Shown piece by piece: positions 44,563-56,096 of a stretch of DNA of 64,000 bases (its first letter is position 1; every line of letters begins with the position of its first letter). Below the pieces are notes generated by a model, which was given only the letters and a program-made list of their open reading frames with translations, did not search any database and had not been told where the DNA came from. Source of the stretch: Chitinophaga pinensis (GTDB taxonomy: Bacteria > Bacteroidota > Bacteroidia > Chitinophagales > Chitinophagaceae); contig CAMAXV010000003.1 of the NCBI GenBank assembly GCA_945862385.1, positions 156,522 to 220,521 on the forward strand, read 5' to 3'. The translations under genes and the position numbers were made by a program.

Positions 44563-47451
44563 ATGAAAAAAACATTACTGCTTACTATAACCCTGATTGC
44601 ATTTATTGCGGGGAAGGCACAAGTGCTCAGGTGGAGTCCCGCTTTCATTCAGGAAAACTCCGCTACCATAAGTATATCAGCAAATGCCAATGCAGGTAAC
44701 AAGGGTTTAACAGACCACTTGCCGGCAACAGATGTTTATGTACATATTGGTGCAATTACCAACCTGAGCAGTAATGCAGCCGACTGGAAATACGTCAAAT
44801 TCACCTGGGCTACTACCCTTGGAGCAGCTAACGCTCCTGCAACTGGCGGTAATGAATGGACATTCACCATCAGTGGCGGATTGAGAAATTTCTTCGGGAT
44901 AACCAACAGCATTGAAAAAATCCAAAAGATAGCTATCCTTTTCAGATCTGGTAATGGTAACAAAGTATTGAGAAATGATGATGGCTCGGATATGTATATT
45001 CCCGTATACGACAATGGCAATTTTGTGCGCATCGATGAACCTGTATCCAAACCCTATTTCAACAGAACACTTCAGGCAATTGACAAAAAAATTGGGGAAA
45101 GCATCAGTATCACTGCAAATACGAACGGCCCCAGTGATCTTAAACTATTTTTCAATGGTAACATTATCGGTTCTGCCTCTGGAGCTTCAACTATTTCAGC
45201 CAACACATTGCTGCAAACAGGTGGTACACAAAAAATAATCGCCGAAGGTCAATTTCCGGGCGGGATAGTGGTAAAAGATAGTATCCAGTTTTTTGTACCC
45301 GGACCGGCAACGGTAAAACCGCTTCCGGAAGGATTTGGAGATGGAATAACTTACGAACGGGGAGATACCAGTGCTTACCTTGTGCTCTATGCTCCGGGTA
45401 AAGGCAGGGTTTCGGTTTTGGGGGATTTCAACAACTGGACCGAATCAGAACCTTTTCAGATGAATAAAACGCCTGATGGTTCAAGGTTCTGGATCAGGAT
45501 TGGAAAACTGATTCCAGGAGCAGAATATGCCTACCAATTCCTGATAGACGGAACCCTCAAGGTTGCCGACTTTAATACAGAAAAAGTACTTGACCCCAAT
45601 AATGACAATACTATTCCGGCCACAACTTACCCCGGTTTAAAATCCTATCCCACGGGAAAAACATCAGGAATCGTGAGTGTGTTGCACCCGGGCAAACCGA
45701 CCTATTCCTGGAAAATCCAAAATTTCAAAAGACCGGAAAAGCAAAATCTCATTATTTATGAATTGCTACTCAGAGATTTTGTGGCAACACGGAACTTTCA
45801 GACATTGAAAGACACATTGGGATATCTGAAAAAACTGGGCGTGAATACAATCGGGTTGATGCCGTTTTCGGAATTTGAAGGAAACCTGAGCTGGGGTTAT
45901 AATCCAAATTATTTCTTTGCTCCTGATAAGTTTTATGGAACAGAAAATGCAATCAAAGATTTTATTGATGCCTGCCACCAGCAGGGCATCGCTGTGGTAA
46001 TGGACATGGTGATGAACCATGCCTTTGGATCATCACCACATGCACTCATGTATTGGGACGGTGCTGGCAATAAACCAGCAACTGATAATCCATGGTTAAA
46101 TCCGGATGCAAAACATCCCTTTAATGTTGGATACGACTTTAACCATGAATCAACGGCAACCAAAGAGCTTGTAGCAAGGGTTGTTAAACACTGGCTTACA
46201 AATTTCAAAATAGATGGCTTTCGCTGGGATCTGTCCAAAGGATTTACCCAAACCAACAACCCCAATAATGTTTCAGCATGGGGAAATTATGACGCATCCA
46301 GGGTGGCTACCTGGAAAAGGATTTATGACACCATGCAGGCTGTTTCACCAGGTTCTTACTGCATCCTTGAACATTTTGCCGACAATTCCGAAGAACGAGA
46401 ACTGGCTAATTATGGAATGATGCTCTGGGGGAACGGCAATTTTAATTTTAACCAGGCAACCATGGGCTATGCGCAAGACAGTGACTTTGGAGGCATCAGT
46501 GCACAAAGAAGAGGCTGGGAAAAACAACATCTGGTGGGATACATGGAGAGCCATGACGAGGAACGACTGATGTACAAAAACCTCAATTTCGGTAACCAGT
46601 CTGTCTCCTATTCTACCCGAGACTCCGTGGTTGCACTCAAAAGAATGGGACAGGCCGCAGCTTTCTGGGCAATGATTCCTGGACCTAAAATGCTCTGGCA
46701 ATTCGGAGAAATAGGATTCCCTTACTCGATAAACACCTGCACAAACGGTACAGTTAACAACAACTGCAGGCTTGACAATAAGCCATTGGTTTGGGAAAAT
46801 TTTGGCGATGTTTCAAAAAGAGCTCTCTATGATGTCTACGCCAATCTCCTTCGGCTTCGCCAGAACCCTTCATTTATCTCAACTTTCACCGGAAACAATT
46901 ATACAATGGACCTGGCTGGAACAGTAAAAACAATTCAGGTAAATACTGATTCGCTCAAAATAGTGGTTGTTGGGAATTTCGATTTGTCTGCCAGAACAAC
47001 CAACGTTAACTTTCCAACAAGTGGAACATGGTATAGCTATCTCACCAAAACATCTATCAACGTATCCGGCACAAGCAGCTCCATCAGCCTGCAACCCGGT
47101 GAATACCATGTTTACCTGAACCGGGACCTCAGCAACTCTCTGGTTACAGCACTATTTAATCCCGTTATGCCTGAACTCGATTTAAAGACTATCATCTACC
47201 CTAATCCTGTAAAGAATGAGCTCAATATCAAGTACGTTTTACCAAAATCTGGAGAAGTTGTAATCTCCCTAATGAGTGCCAATGGCATTAAACTGGGAAA
47301 TCTTTTCAAGGGAGTTCAATCGTCGGGTTTAAAAAACATCAGTTTTCCTGGCTCAGCATTGGCGGGTAAACTTAAATCAGGCGGTATTTATTACCTGAAT
47401 ATCCAAACCAATCAAGGTCAGTCAACAGTGAGGTTTTTGAAAACACTTTAA
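44563..47451 (+). CDS. GH13 alpha-amylase-family glycosidase with T9SS C-terminal sorting domain
   Basis: GH13 regions are present: VVMDMVMNHA, DGFRWDLSKG and YMESHDEE. The C-terminal IYPNPVKNELNIKY...YYLNIQT is a Por/T9SS type-A tail. A signal peptide is present. Confidence 0.85.
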   Translation: MKKTLLLTITLIAFIAGKAQVLRWSPAFIQENSATISISANANAGNKGLTDHLPATDVYVHIGAITNLSSNAADWKYVKFTWATTLGAANAPATGGNEWTFTISGGLRNFFGITNSIEKIQKIAILFRSGNGNKVLRNDDGSDMYIPVYDNGNFVRIDEPVSKPYFNRTLQAIDKKIGESISITANTNGPSDLKLFFNGNIIGSASGASTISANTLLQTGGTQKIIAEGQFPGGIVVKDSIQFFVPGPATVKPLPEGFGDGITYERGDTSAYLVLYAPGKGRVSVLGDFNNWTESEPFQMNKTPDGSRFWIRIGKLIPGAEYAYQFLIDGTLKVADFNTEKVLDPNNDNTIPATTYPGLKSYPTGKTSGIVSVLHPGKPTYSWKIQNFKRPEKQNLIIYELLLRDFVATRNFQTLKDTLGYLKKLGVNTIGLMPFSEFEGNLSWGYNPNYFFAPDKFYGTENAIKDFIDACHQQGIAVVMDMVMNHAFGSSPHALMYWDGAGNKPATDNPWLNPDAKHPFNVGYDFNHESTATKELVARVVKHWLTNFKIDGFRWDLSKGFTQTNNPNNVSAWGNYDASRVATWKRIYDTMQAVSPGSYCILEHFADNSEERELANYGMMLWGNGNFNFNQATMGYAQDSDFGGISAQRRGWEKQHLVGYMESHDEERLMYKNLNFGNQSVSYSTRDSVVALKRMGQAAAFWAMIPGPKMLWQFGEIGFPYSINTCTNGTVNNNCRLDNKPLVWENFGDVSKRALYDVYANLLRLRQNPSFISTFTGNNYTMDLAGTVKTIQVNTDSLKIVVVGNFDLSARTTNVNFPTSGTWYSYLTKTSINVSGTSSSISLQPGEYHVYLNRDLSNSLVTALFNPVMPELDLKTIIYPNPVKNELNIKYVLPKSGEVVISLMSANGIKLGNLFKGVQSSGLKNISFPGSALAGKLKSGGIYYLNIQTNQGQSTVRFLKTL

Positions 47452-47621
47452 AACTCCACATTCCTAAAGGATTGTTAACAATTTGGTAATGTGAAAGGGG
47501 GCATCAGTTCAACTGCATTAATCAACTTTGAGCTGAAAATACACTGATACCTTTACCCTATCCCTATTTTAAAAAATCCGGCTAATTAAAAACCTATTTA
47601 CTGACAAAATCACTCAAATCA

Positions 47622-48269
47622 ATGGCTACAAATTCCTTTTTTAAAATTTTCCTCCCAAAAGACAGAATCTTCTATAGTTTGTTTGAAGAAGTAGCAGTTA
47701 CCGTTCACAAGATGGGAGGATTATTACAGGAAATGGTGTATGAATCTGATGAGGACAAGAGAGCCAGTATCCTTGGTCAGATTGAGCACATGGAACACAA
47801 AAATGATGACTCCACACACACCTTATTCACAGAATTGGGTAGAAACTTCATTACGCCGCTTGACAGGGAAGATATACACATGCTTGCTACTGCGCTTGAT
47901 GATATTGCAGATTATATTTATGCATCAGCCAAAAAAATCAATTTCTACAAAATCAATCCTAACGATACAGGTATTCATAAAATGGCTGAATTGATTCTGC
48001 AGGGAACTGTTGAAATAAAAAAGGCGGTCAACGGACTGAGAAATATGAAGAATTTAAGGGAGATGACTGAGGCATTGGTCAAAATCAACAGCATTGAGAA
48101 TCAGGCTGATGATGTTTTTGACATGAGTATTGAAATGTTATTCAATAACGAAAATGATTTCAAGGAAGTAATCAAAAAAAGGGAAATATACCAGGTGATG
48201 GAAATTGCAACCGACAAATGCGAGGATGCAGCCAATGTTATTGAATCCATCATTATCAAATATGCCTAG
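47622..48269 (+). CDS. DUF47 (PhoU-like) phosphate-transport accessory protein
   Basis: 215-aa helical protein with LEHxxD-like blocks (IEHMEHKNDD, ENQADDVFD), immediately upstream of a PiT transporter. This is the classical pairing. Confidence 0.75.
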   Translation: MATNSFFKIFLPKDRIFYSLFEEVAVTVHKMGGLLQEMVYESDEDKRASILGQIEHMEHKNDDSTHTLFTELGRNFITPLDREDIHMLATALDDIADYIYASAKKINFYKINPNDTGIHKMAELILQGTVEIKKAVNGLRNMKNLREMTEALVKINSIENQADDVFDMSIEMLFNNENDFKEVIKKREIYQVMEIATDKCEDAANVIESIIIKYA

Positions 48270-48298
48270 GTCAAAACCCTATTTGAAAAAAATCTCAC

Positions 48299-50008
48299 AT
48301 GACCCTTCTCATCGTAATAGTCATCTTGGCTTTATTGTTCGACTACATCAATGGCTTTCATGATGCAGCTAATTCAATTGCAACAGTCGTTTCTACCAAG
48401 GTACTAACACCCTTGCAGGCAGTAATTTGGGCTGCCTTTTTTAATTTTGTAGCATTCGGTATTTTTCAGGATCATGCAGTTGCCAACACAATTAGCAAGA
48501 CTGTAAACAAAGAATTCATCACTTTGAATGTAATTCTTGCCGGACTTATCGCTGCCATTTTCTGGAATCTGCTGACCTGGTGGTATGGTATTCCATCTTC
48601 CTCCTCCCACACACTCATTGGAGGATTTGCGGGTGCTGCCATAACACATGCACTAATAGACTATCAAGGAAATATTGGTATCGGTGAAATAGTTGAAAAT
48701 GAAACAATTATAAAGACTATACTATTCATTTTCTTTGCCCCTCTTATTGGTATGCTCATTTCCATATTCATTACCATTGTAACAATCATGCGGAATATGT
48801 GGGCAAGGCTGGGAATAATCATTCTGATGACGTTTTTGACTGTTCTGCTTTTTGATAAATTCGAAGAAGATAAAATGGATGAAAATTTCAAGAAATTTAT
48901 CAAATTGGATAAAATTGAAATTGATCATGAATTGATGCAATTAACAATCAAGCAAACAACACCAGATTCGTTATCAATGGCAAAATTTGCAGACTCTCAA
49001 AAAAAATTAGAAGCTGCCAAAGACATATATAATGTACTCATTCCCAAGTTGTTGTTGTATGATGAAATTGGAACTGACTCCATTGTAAATTTTGCTTATA
49101 ACCGTGGACTCCTGAAAGATATTGAAATAAGCCGGTTAAAAGACGAAGTAAGAAATGCTAATAACTATTTAATTTTGGAAGCTCTAGCCTCTCATAATGA
49201 AGATGCTAAGCAAGAATATAAAATAGCAAAAACTGAAACAGAAAAATATAAAGGCCCATTAAAGTCATATCTAACTGGAAATATATCACTGGATAGTGCA
49301 ATGGTGGCAATGAACACTATTTTCCCACTAGACCCCAAAAATGAAACTAAAATAGTATCAAAAATTAAAAATTTTGATATTAAAAAAGATTTCAAAAAAG
49401 ACATAGAAAAATCTGAAAATTACCCAATTGTATGGGGCATAATTTTCACTTCCATTCTTTTCATGCTGGTTTACCTCTATGTTGAAAAATACAAAACTCC
49501 AACAGCCTATTCCGTTGCCAACATGTTTAAAAAGCTACAACTTTTCAGTTCTGCAGCATTCAGCATTGGCCATGGTGGAAATGATGCCCAAAAAGTAATG
49601 GGTATTATTGGAGCTGCTTTGATTGCCAGTGGAAATATTCAGGACTTTGGTCAGCTTCCAAACTGGGTTCCGATATCCTGCTACCTGGCAATTGGACTGG
49701 GTACTATGAGTGGTGGCTGGAAAATCGTAAAAACAATGGGTACCAAAATAACAAAAGTGACACCTCTTGAAGGTGTTGCTGCTGAAACTGCAGGTGCATT
49801 TACCCTGTTTTTTACCGGACAAATGGGTATTCCCGTATCAACAACGCATACGATAACTGGCTCCATCATTGGTGTAGGAGCAACAAAGAGGTTAAGTGCA
49901 GTTCGATGGGGAGTAACCTCATCATTACTTGTAGCCTGGATCCTTACAATCCCTGTGAGTGCTGTTTTAGCAGGACTTACATACTGGATTATAACTCTTT
50001 TCAATTAA
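48299..50008 (+). CDS. pit: inorganic phosphate transporter, PiT (PHO4) family
   Basis: Duplicated PiT signature: GFHDAANSIAT in the N-half and GGNDAQKVMG in the C-half. The central Lys/Glu-rich hydrophilic loop spans about 48851-49420. Confidence 0.85.
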   Translation: MTLLIVIVILALLFDYINGFHDAANSIATVVSTKVLTPLQAVIWAAFFNFVAFGIFQDHAVANTISKTVNKEFITLNVILAGLIAAIFWNLLTWWYGIPSSSSHTLIGGFAGAAITHALIDYQGNIGIGEIVENETIIKTILFIFFAPLIGMLISIFITIVTIMRNMWARLGIIILMTFLTVLLFDKFEEDKMDENFKKFIKLDKIEIDHELMQLTIKQTTPDSLSMAKFADSQKKLEAAKDIYNVLIPKLLLYDEIGTDSIVNFAYNRGLLKDIEISRLKDEVRNANNYLILEALASHNEDAKQEYKIAKTETEKYKGPLKSYLTGNISLDSAMVAMNTIFPLDPKNETKIVSKIKNFDIKKDFKKDIEKSENYPIVWGIIFTSILFMLVYLYVEKYKTPTAYSVANMFKKLQLFSSAAFSIGHGGNDAQKVMGIIGAALIASGNIQDFGQLPNWVPISCYLAIGLGTMSGGWKIVKTMGTKITKVTPLEGVAAETAGAFTLFFTGQMGIPVSTTHTITGSIIGVGATKRLSAVRWGVTSSLLVAWILTIPVSAVLAGLTYWIITLFN

Positions 50009-50024
50009 TTTATACATAGTACTA

Positions 50025-50063
50025 AAAAAGGCTGTCTCACATGAAGTGAGGCAGCCTTTTTGT
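50025..50063 (+). terminator. rho-independent terminator after pit
   Basis: AAAGGCTGtCTCAC-ATGAA-GTGAGgCAGCCTTT followed by TTGTTTT. Confidence 0.7.
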
Positions 50064-50152
50064 TTTACAAGGATTACTTATTTTATAATAATCAGAATAA
50101 ACTCATTAAGTTTTAATTTTTTAAAATGATATTGAGTAAATTAAAATAAAAA

Positions 50153-51010
50153 ATGAAATACATTCTAATCTGTCTGCTTACATTCAATTTCTATGCGAAG
50201 GCTCAGGTTATATCAGATTCCTTATTGATTGAGGGACATTACAGGGTATTTCATTACAATAAACCTGCTGTTGATTCAAAGGGATTTAGCCTTGTTTTTG
50301 TCTTGCATGGCTCCGGAGGAAATGGACTGCAAATGATGCAAAGGGTTAAATCTTTTGATTCCATTAGTGATCAAGAAAATATGATAGCGGTTTTCCCTTC
50401 AGGATATAAAAACTTCTGGAATGAATGTAGGAAAATAGCCCCTTCTGCCGCGAATATTGAACAAATCAATGAAGAAGCTTTTTTTACTGGGATGATTGAA
50501 TACTTCAGCAAAAAACTCAAAATTGATAAAAAGAAAGTCTTTGCCATAGGAACATCGGGAGGTGGACACATGGCGTATAAACTGGCGTTGACCATACCTG
50601 ACCGATTCAGGTCCATTACAGCCATTATTGCAAACCTGCCGGCAGAAGAAAACCTTGATTGTCCGCAAAGTAAAAAACCCATCAATATGATGATTGTCAA
50701 CGGCACAGCAGACAAAACCAATCCCTATGAAGGTGGAGAGGTAATTCTGGGAAGCGGTAATTTTGGCAAAGTGAGGTCGACTGATGAAACATTTCAATAC
50801 TGGGCAAAACTTGTCGGATATAAGGATAACCCAGTACAAGCTTTACTCCCCGATAACAACCCCACAGACGGTAAAACAATAGAAGAGTATGCATTTACAG
50901 GAAAACAAAAGCAGGTCATTTTGCTCAAGGTAAATGGGGGAAAGCACGATTATCCAGGTGACATTGATGTCCATTTGCATGCCTGGAAGTTCTTCAAATC
51001 ATCTTTCTGA
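50153..51010 (+). CDS. secreted alpha/beta-hydrolase esterase (PHB-depolymerase/LpqC-like family)
   Basis: Signal peptide, VFVLHGSGGNG oxyanion region and a nucleophile elbow GTSGGGHMAY. The family assignment is approximate. Confidence 0.5.
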   Translation: MKYILICLLTFNFYAKAQVISDSLLIEGHYRVFHYNKPAVDSKGFSLVFVLHGSGGNGLQMMQRVKSFDSISDQENMIAVFPSGYKNFWNECRKIAPSAANIEQINEEAFFTGMIEYFSKKLKIDKKKVFAIGTSGGGHMAYKLALTIPDRFRSITAIIANLPAEENLDCPQSKKPINMMIVNGTADKTNPYEGGEVILGSGNFGKVRSTDETFQYWAKLVGYKDNPVQALLPDNNPTDGKTIEEYAFTGKQKQVILLKVNGGKHDYPGDIDVHLHAWKFFKSSF

Positions 51011-51036
51011 TCAATTTCAACACTAATTATTGGTTA

Positions 51037-51069
51037 TAAAAAAAGCCATCCCGCAAATGCGGGATGGCT
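51037..51069 (-). terminator. strong rho-independent terminator directly after rpoB
   Basis: On the minus strand: AGCCATCCCGC-ATTT-GCGGGATGGCT (11-bp perfect stem) followed by TTTTTTT. Confidence 0.8.
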
Positions 51070-51094
51070 CACAGGTATGTTTGGTTACAATTTA

Positions 51095-54000
51095 CTAGTT
51101 CTCAAACTTAAGGTCTAGTCCAAGTCCCCTCAGTTCATGTACAAGTACATTGAATGATTCCGGAATACCGGCTTTTGGAACATTATCACCCTTCACAATG
51201 GCTTCATAAGTCTTAGCCCTACCTATGATATCGTCTGATTTGAGTGTAAGCAATTCCTGAAGGATATTAGATGCACCATATGCTTCCAGGGCCCAAACCT
51301 CCATTTCACCAAAACGCTGACCACCAAACTGTGCTTTACCACCTAATGGCTGTTGCGTAATCAATGAGTACGGACCAATTGAACGGGCGTGCATCTTATC
51401 ATCAACCATGTGATGCAGTTTCAGCATATAGATGATTCCAACAGTGGCTTTTTGGTGGAACCTTTCACCTGTTTCACCATCATACAAATATGTATGACCG
51501 AAACTTGGCAGCTGAGCCTGGTCGATAAGATCTTTGATTTCAGTAACTGTAGCACCATCAAAAATCGGCGTTGAGAATCTCATTCCCAGCTTCTCTCCTG
51601 CCCAGCCCAGGATGGTTTCATAAATCTGACCAAGATTCATCCTGGAAGGTACACCCAAAGGATTCAGCACGATATCAACAGGAGTTCCATCCTCAAGGAA
51701 AGGCATATCCTCTGCACGCACTATCTTGGCTACAATACCTTTATTACCATGTCTTCCCGCCATTTTATCACCCACTTTCAGCTTACGCTTGACAGCAAGG
51801 TATACTTTCGCGAGCTTCAATACACCAGCAGGTAATTCATCACCGATAGAGATATTGAACTTTTCACGCTTATATCTGCCCAGTTCTTCGTTAAACCTGA
51901 TGTTGTAGTTATGCAACAAAGTATTGATGGCATCATCCGTTTTCTCATCGCCAGTCCAACCCAAAGGATTAACATTTTGGTAGTCGATTGTAGTTAACAC
52001 CTTGGTGTTAAACTTAGCTCCTTTCCCAAAAATCAATTCTCCGAAATTGTTGGAAACTCCCGCAGAGTTCTTGTCTTTCAGCAAAATTTGAAGCTTGCCA
52101 ACAAGAAGTTCAAGAATATCCTTTTCATTCTGAACGTGGATTAATTCAAGCTTTTCAAGAGCGGTCTTTTCCTTTACCTTGGAGTTTTTATCTTTTTTGG
52201 CACGCTGGAATAACTTTTTACCAATAACAACTCCTTCTGTTCCACTTGGTGCCTTCAATGAAGCGTCCTTGGCATCACCAGCCTTATCACCGAAAATGGC
52301 TCTTAACAGCTTCTCCTCTGGGGTTGGATCACTTTCTCCCTTAGGAGTTATTTTTCCAATAAGAATATCACCCTCTTTCACTTGTGCGCCAATCCTGATT
52401 ATGCCATACTGATCAAGGTCTTTAGTTGCCTCTTCAGATACATTCGGAATATCCGGAGTAAGTTCCTCCTCACCAAGCTTGGTATCACGCACCTCAAGTT
52501 CAAACTCAGATATATGAATGGAAGTAAAGAGATCTTCACTTACAACCTTCTCATTGATTACGATAGCATCCTCAAAATTGTATCCTTTCCATGGCATGAA
52601 CACCACTTTAAGGTTTCGTCCAAGTGCAAGTTCACCATTCTTAACTGCATAACCTTCTGTCAGGAAATCACCTGTTTTAACCCGCTGACCTTTGAATACT
52701 GCAGGACGGAGCGTAATTGAGGTTTCCTGGTTTGTTTTTATGAACTTGGTTAGCTTGTAAATCTTCAAATCATCTTCAAAGCTCACAAGTTTCATGGCTT
52801 CGTCACGCTCGTAACGCACATGAATCTCATTGGCATCAACAAACTCAACTACACCCTCTCCTTCTGCATGCAACTGAATGCGGGCATCTCTTGCTGCTTT
52901 TGCTTCAAGACCTGTACCAACAATTGGTGCCTGTGGTTTGATGAGCGGAACAGCCTGACGTTGCATGTTTGAGCCCATGAGCGCACGGTTGGCGTCATCA
53001 TGCTCTAAGAATGGAATAAGAGATGCACTCAAACCAACAATCTGGTTAGGAGCAACATCCATGTATTCCACCTCTCCCGGATCAAGGATAGGGAAATCAC
53101 CTGTTTGCCTGGCTTTTACTTTGTCTTCAATAAATTCTGCCTTATCATTTAGTGGAACATTCGCCTGGGCAATTTTAGCAGTATCTTCTTCCTCTGCACT
53201 GAGGTAAGTAAGTTTTTTTACTTCAACCTTGCCATCATTAACCTTTCTGTAAGGTGTTTCAATAAAGCCCATCTCATTGATCTTCGCATGCACGCAAAGC
53301 GTGGAGATCAATCCGATGTTCGGACCTTCTGGTGTTTCGATGGTACAAAGCCTTCCGTAATGTGAATAGTGTACGTCACGAACCTCAAAGCCTGCTCTCT
53401 CCCTGCTCAAACCACCGGGACCGAGCGCAGAAATACGACGCTTATGCGTTATTTCACTCAATGGATTCGTCTGGTCGAGGAACTGAGACAACTGAGATGT
53501 ACCAAAGAATGAATTGATAACAGAAGATAGCGTTCTTGCATTAATCAAATCCACTGGTGTGAACACCTCATTGTCACGAACATTCATACGCTCGCGTATT
53601 GTCCTTGCCATCCTGGCCAAACCAACACCGAACTGAGCATATAACTGCTCACCCACTGTACGAACACGTCTGTTACTCAGGTGATCAATATCATCAATTT
53701 CCGCTTTTCCGTTTGTAAGCCTTACCAGATACTTGATGATTTCGATAATATCTTCTTTCGTCAGTGTCTTCTGATCAACACCATAATTGAGGTTAAGCTT
53801 CTTGTTAATCTTATAGCGACCTACTTCACCAAGATCATAACGCTTGTCACTGAAGAAAAGCTTGTCAATAATACCCCTTGCTGTTTCGTTATCCGGAGCG
53901 TCGGCACCACGCAATTGCTTGTATATATGTTGTACTGCCTCTAGTTCGGAATTTGAAGTATCCTTGTTGAGTGTATTGTAGATGATAGCGTAGTCACCAC

Positions 54001-54904
54001 TCACATCTTCTTTCTGAATGAATACACTTTTTACACCAGTCTCAAGTATGATGTTTATTTCTTTTTCATTCAACAGCGTATCACGCTCAAGAACAATCTC
54101 ATTTCTGTCAAGTGAAACAACCTCACCTGAATCTTCATCCACAAAATCTTCAACCCAGGTTTTAAGTACCCTGGCAGCCAGACGTTTACCAAGCATGGCA
54201 GACAATGTTTTCTTGTCAGCCTTGACTTCATCAGCCATACCAAAGAGCTCAAGAATGTCCTTATCCGTTTCAAAACCGATAGAACGAAGCAAAGTAGTTA
54301 CTGGGAACTTCTTTTTCCTGTCGATATATGCATACATGACATTGTTAATGTCTGTTGCAAACTCCATCCAAGCTCCCTTGAACGGGATTACCCTGGCTGA
54401 GTATATTTTAGTACCATTCGGGTGTAAAGACTGACCAAAAAATACACCAGGAGATCTGTGTAACTGAGAAACAACAACCCGCTCAGCACCATTTATCACA
54501 AATGTTCCACGTGGTGTCATATAAGGAATGTTTCCAAGGAAAACATCCTGAACGATAGTCTGGAAATCTACGTGCTCCTCATCGTTACAACTCAGCCTAA
54601 GCTTGGCTTTCAGCGGAACTGCATAAGTAAGACCACGTTCCATACACTCATCGATGGTATAACGGGGGGGATCAATGAAATAATCAAGGAATTCCAGCAT
54701 GAAAATATTCCTGGTATCATTGATGGGGAAATTCTCTTTAAATACTTTAAAGAGACCCTCATTGTTACGTTTATCGGGTGTAGTTTCAAGCTGAAAGAAA
54801 TCCTTGAACGATTGGATTTGGATTTCAAGAAGGTCCGGGGTTTCTGCCAGGTGCTTAACCTTTCCGAAATGTACCCTGTTTGTAGCCACTTTTGCTGAAG
54901 ACAT
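51095..54904 (-). CDS. rpoB: DNA-directed RNA polymerase subunit beta
   Basis: 1269 aa, full length. It has hallmark blocks such as [30 protein letters not shown] and [12 protein letters not shown]. Confidence 0.97.
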   Translation of the reverse strand: MSSAKVATNRVHFGKVKHLAETPDLLEIQIQSFKDFFQLETTPDKRNNEGLFKVFKENFPINDTRNIFMLEFLDYFIDPPRYTIDECMERGLTYAVPLKAKLRLSCNDEEHVDFQTIVQDVFLGNIPYMTPRGTFVINGAERVVVSQLHRSPGVFFGQSLHPNGTKIYSARVIPFKGAWMEFATDINNVMYAYIDRKKKFPVTTLLRSIGFETDKDILELFGMADEVKADKKTLSAMLGKRLAARVLKTWVEDFVDEDSGEVVSLDRNEIVLERDTLLNEKEINIILETGVKSVFIQKEDVSGDYAIIYNTLNKDTSNSELEAVQHIYKQLRGADAPDNETARGIIDKLFFSDKRYDLGEVGRYKINKKLNLNYGVDQKTLTKEDIIEIIKYLVRLTNGKAEIDDIDHLSNRRVRTVGEQLYAQFGVGLARMARTIRERMNVRDNEVFTPVDLINARTLSSVINSFFGTSQLSQFLDQTNPLSEITHKRRISALGPGGLSRERAGFEVRDVHYSHYGRLCTIETPEGPNIGLISTLCVHAKINEMGFIETPYRKVNDGKVEVKKLTYLSAEEEDTAKIAQANVPLNDKAEFIEDKVKARQTGDFPILDPGEVEYMDVAPNQIVGLSASLIPFLEHDDANRALMGSNMQRQAVPLIKPQAPIVGTGLEAKAARDARIQLHAEGEGVVEFVDANEIHVRYERDEAMKLVSFEDDLKIYKLTKFIKTNQETSITLRPAVFKGQRVKTGDFLTEGYAVKNGELALGRNLKVVFMPWKGYNFEDAIVINEKVVSEDLFTSIHISEFELEVRDTKLGEEELTPDIPNVSEEATKDLDQYGIIRIGAQVKEGDILIGKITPKGESDPTPEEKLLRAIFGDKAGDAKDASLKAPSGTEGVVIGKKLFQRAKKDKNSKVKEKTALEKLELIHVQNEKDILELLVGKLQILLKDKNSAGVSNNFGELIFGKGAKFNTKVLTTIDYQNVNPLGWTGDEKTDDAINTLLHNYNIRFNEELGRYKREKFNISIGDELPAGVLKLAKVYLAVKRKLKVGDKMAGRHGNKGIVAKIVRAEDMPFLEDGTPVDIVLNPLGVPSRMNLGQIYETILGWAGEKLGMRFSTPIFDGATVTEIKDLIDQAQLPSFGHTYLYDGETGERFHQKATVGIIYMLKLHHMVDDKMHARSIGPYSLITQQPLGGKAQFGGQRFGEMEVWALEAYGASNILQELLTLKSDDIIGRAKTYEAIVKGDNVPKAGIPESFNVLVHELRGLGLDLKFEN

Positions 54905-55017
54905 AGAATGATGTGCTTTTTAAAGTGTAAGTTGCTGAAATACAATGAGTCACAATGACAAATTGTATTACGCCCAAAATAAAGGAATGCAAAGTTAGTA
55001 TAAAACCCTGTAACCAC

Positions 55018-55050
55018 AAAAAAAAGAGCCGGAAGAACCGGCTCTTTTCA
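55018..55050 (-). terminator. rplL-rpoB intergenic attenuator/terminator hairpin
   Basis: On the minus strand: GAGCCGG-TTCTT-CCGGCTC followed by TTTTTTTT. This position is equivalent to the known partial terminator between rplL and rpoB. Confidence 0.65.
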
Positions 55051-55070
55051 AATTTACAGGAGGCAGTAAT

Positions 55071-55445
55071 TTACTTTACTTCAACTTCTGCTCCAGCTTC
55101 TTTCAGTTTAGCAGCGAGATCATCTGCTTCTGCCTTAGAAACACCTTCTTTAACTGGCTTAGGCGCACCGTCTACTAGATCCTTCGCTTCTTTCAGTCCA
55201 AGACCGGTTAATTCCTTTACAATTTTAACAACACCCAGCTTGCTTGGACCACCGCTTACAAGGATAACATCAAAAGCTGTTTTCTCTTCTACTGCGGCTG
55301 CACCACCACCGTCACCTGCTGCTACTACTACTGCTGCTGCAGCTGGTTCAATGCCATAATCTGCTTTCAGGACATCAGCGAGTTCCTGAACTTCCTTTAC
55401 TGTTAAGCCAACGAGTTGTTCGGCTAATGCTTTTACGTCTGCCAT
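55071..55445 (-). CDS. rplL: 50S ribosomal protein L7/L12
   Basis: The [13 protein letters not shown]-terminus, an Ala-rich hinge and [24 protein letters not shown] are present. Confidence 0.95.
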   Translation of the reverse strand: MADVKALAEQLVGLTVKEVQELADVLKADYGIEPAAAAVVVAAGDGGGAAAVEEKTAFDVILVSGGPSKLGVVKIVKELTGLGLKEAKDLVDGAPKPVKEGVSKAEADDLAAKLKEAGAEVEVK

Positions 55446-55544
55446 TTTTTTACTTTTTAAACCGCTTTCACAGCTATTGCTCCAGCGGATGGTTATAAAT
55501 ATACCTCAATTTTTACCTCAGAGGTTTTGGTTTTAATTTAAAAG

Positions 55545-56060
55545 TTACTCAGCAGCAACACCTTCTGCTTGCTTCTCGTGATGATGAAGTAAGCCAGCGA
55601 TAACACGTTTTGCTGGTGACTGTAACAAGCCAATAACTTCGCCAATAAGCTCGTTCTTGGTTTTAATTTGAGTAAGGGCCTTCAGATTTTCATCACCGCT
55701 GTAAATATCACCGTTGATGAATGCAGCTTTAAGCTTAGGCTTCTCTGCATTACCTTTTTTCCTGAAAGAACTGATTATCAGGGCTGGTTCTTTGGGGTTC
55801 TCGGAGAACATCAAAGCTGTTACATTATGAAGGGCATCAAAAACACCACTGTATTTTTCAGCATCCAATGATTCAAGCGCTTTGCGAATCAGTGTATTTT
55901 TTGCCACTTTCATCTCAACCTGCTTGTCAAAACAAGTTCTCCGGAGATTAGTTACCTGAGCTACTGAAAGTGATTCAGTATCTGTGATATAGAAGTTGTT
56001 GTACTGAGTGAATTTTTCCTTCAGTACTTCAATTACATCGTTTTTTTCTTGCTTATTCAT
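55545..56060 (-). CDS. rplJ: 50S ribosomal protein L10
   Basis: 171 aa, positioned between rplA and rplL, with typical LRRTCFDKQVEMKVAKNTL-like content. Confidence 0.9.
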   Translation of the reverse strand: MNKQEKNDVIEVLKEKFTQYNNFYITDTESLSVAQVTNLRRTCFDKQVEMKVAKNTLIRKALESLDAEKYSGVFDALHNVTALMFSENPKEPALIISSFRKKGNAEKPKLKAAFINGDIYSGDENLKALTQIKTKNELIGEVIGLLQSPAKRVIAGLLHHHEKQAEGVAAE

Positions 56061-56096
56061 TGTTAAGCGTTTAAATTTTTAATAATTGGTCGTCAA

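Noticed and set aside
48851-49420. ~190-aa Lys/Glu-rich insertion in the middle of the PiT phosphate transporter; considered as a possible inserted domain or gene fusion
   Set aside because: PiT/PHO4 proteins consist of two homologous membrane halves joined by a variable hydrophilic loop. A long loop is a family trait (large in eukaryotic SLC20, intermediate in many bacteria). No independent start, stop or motif is visible.
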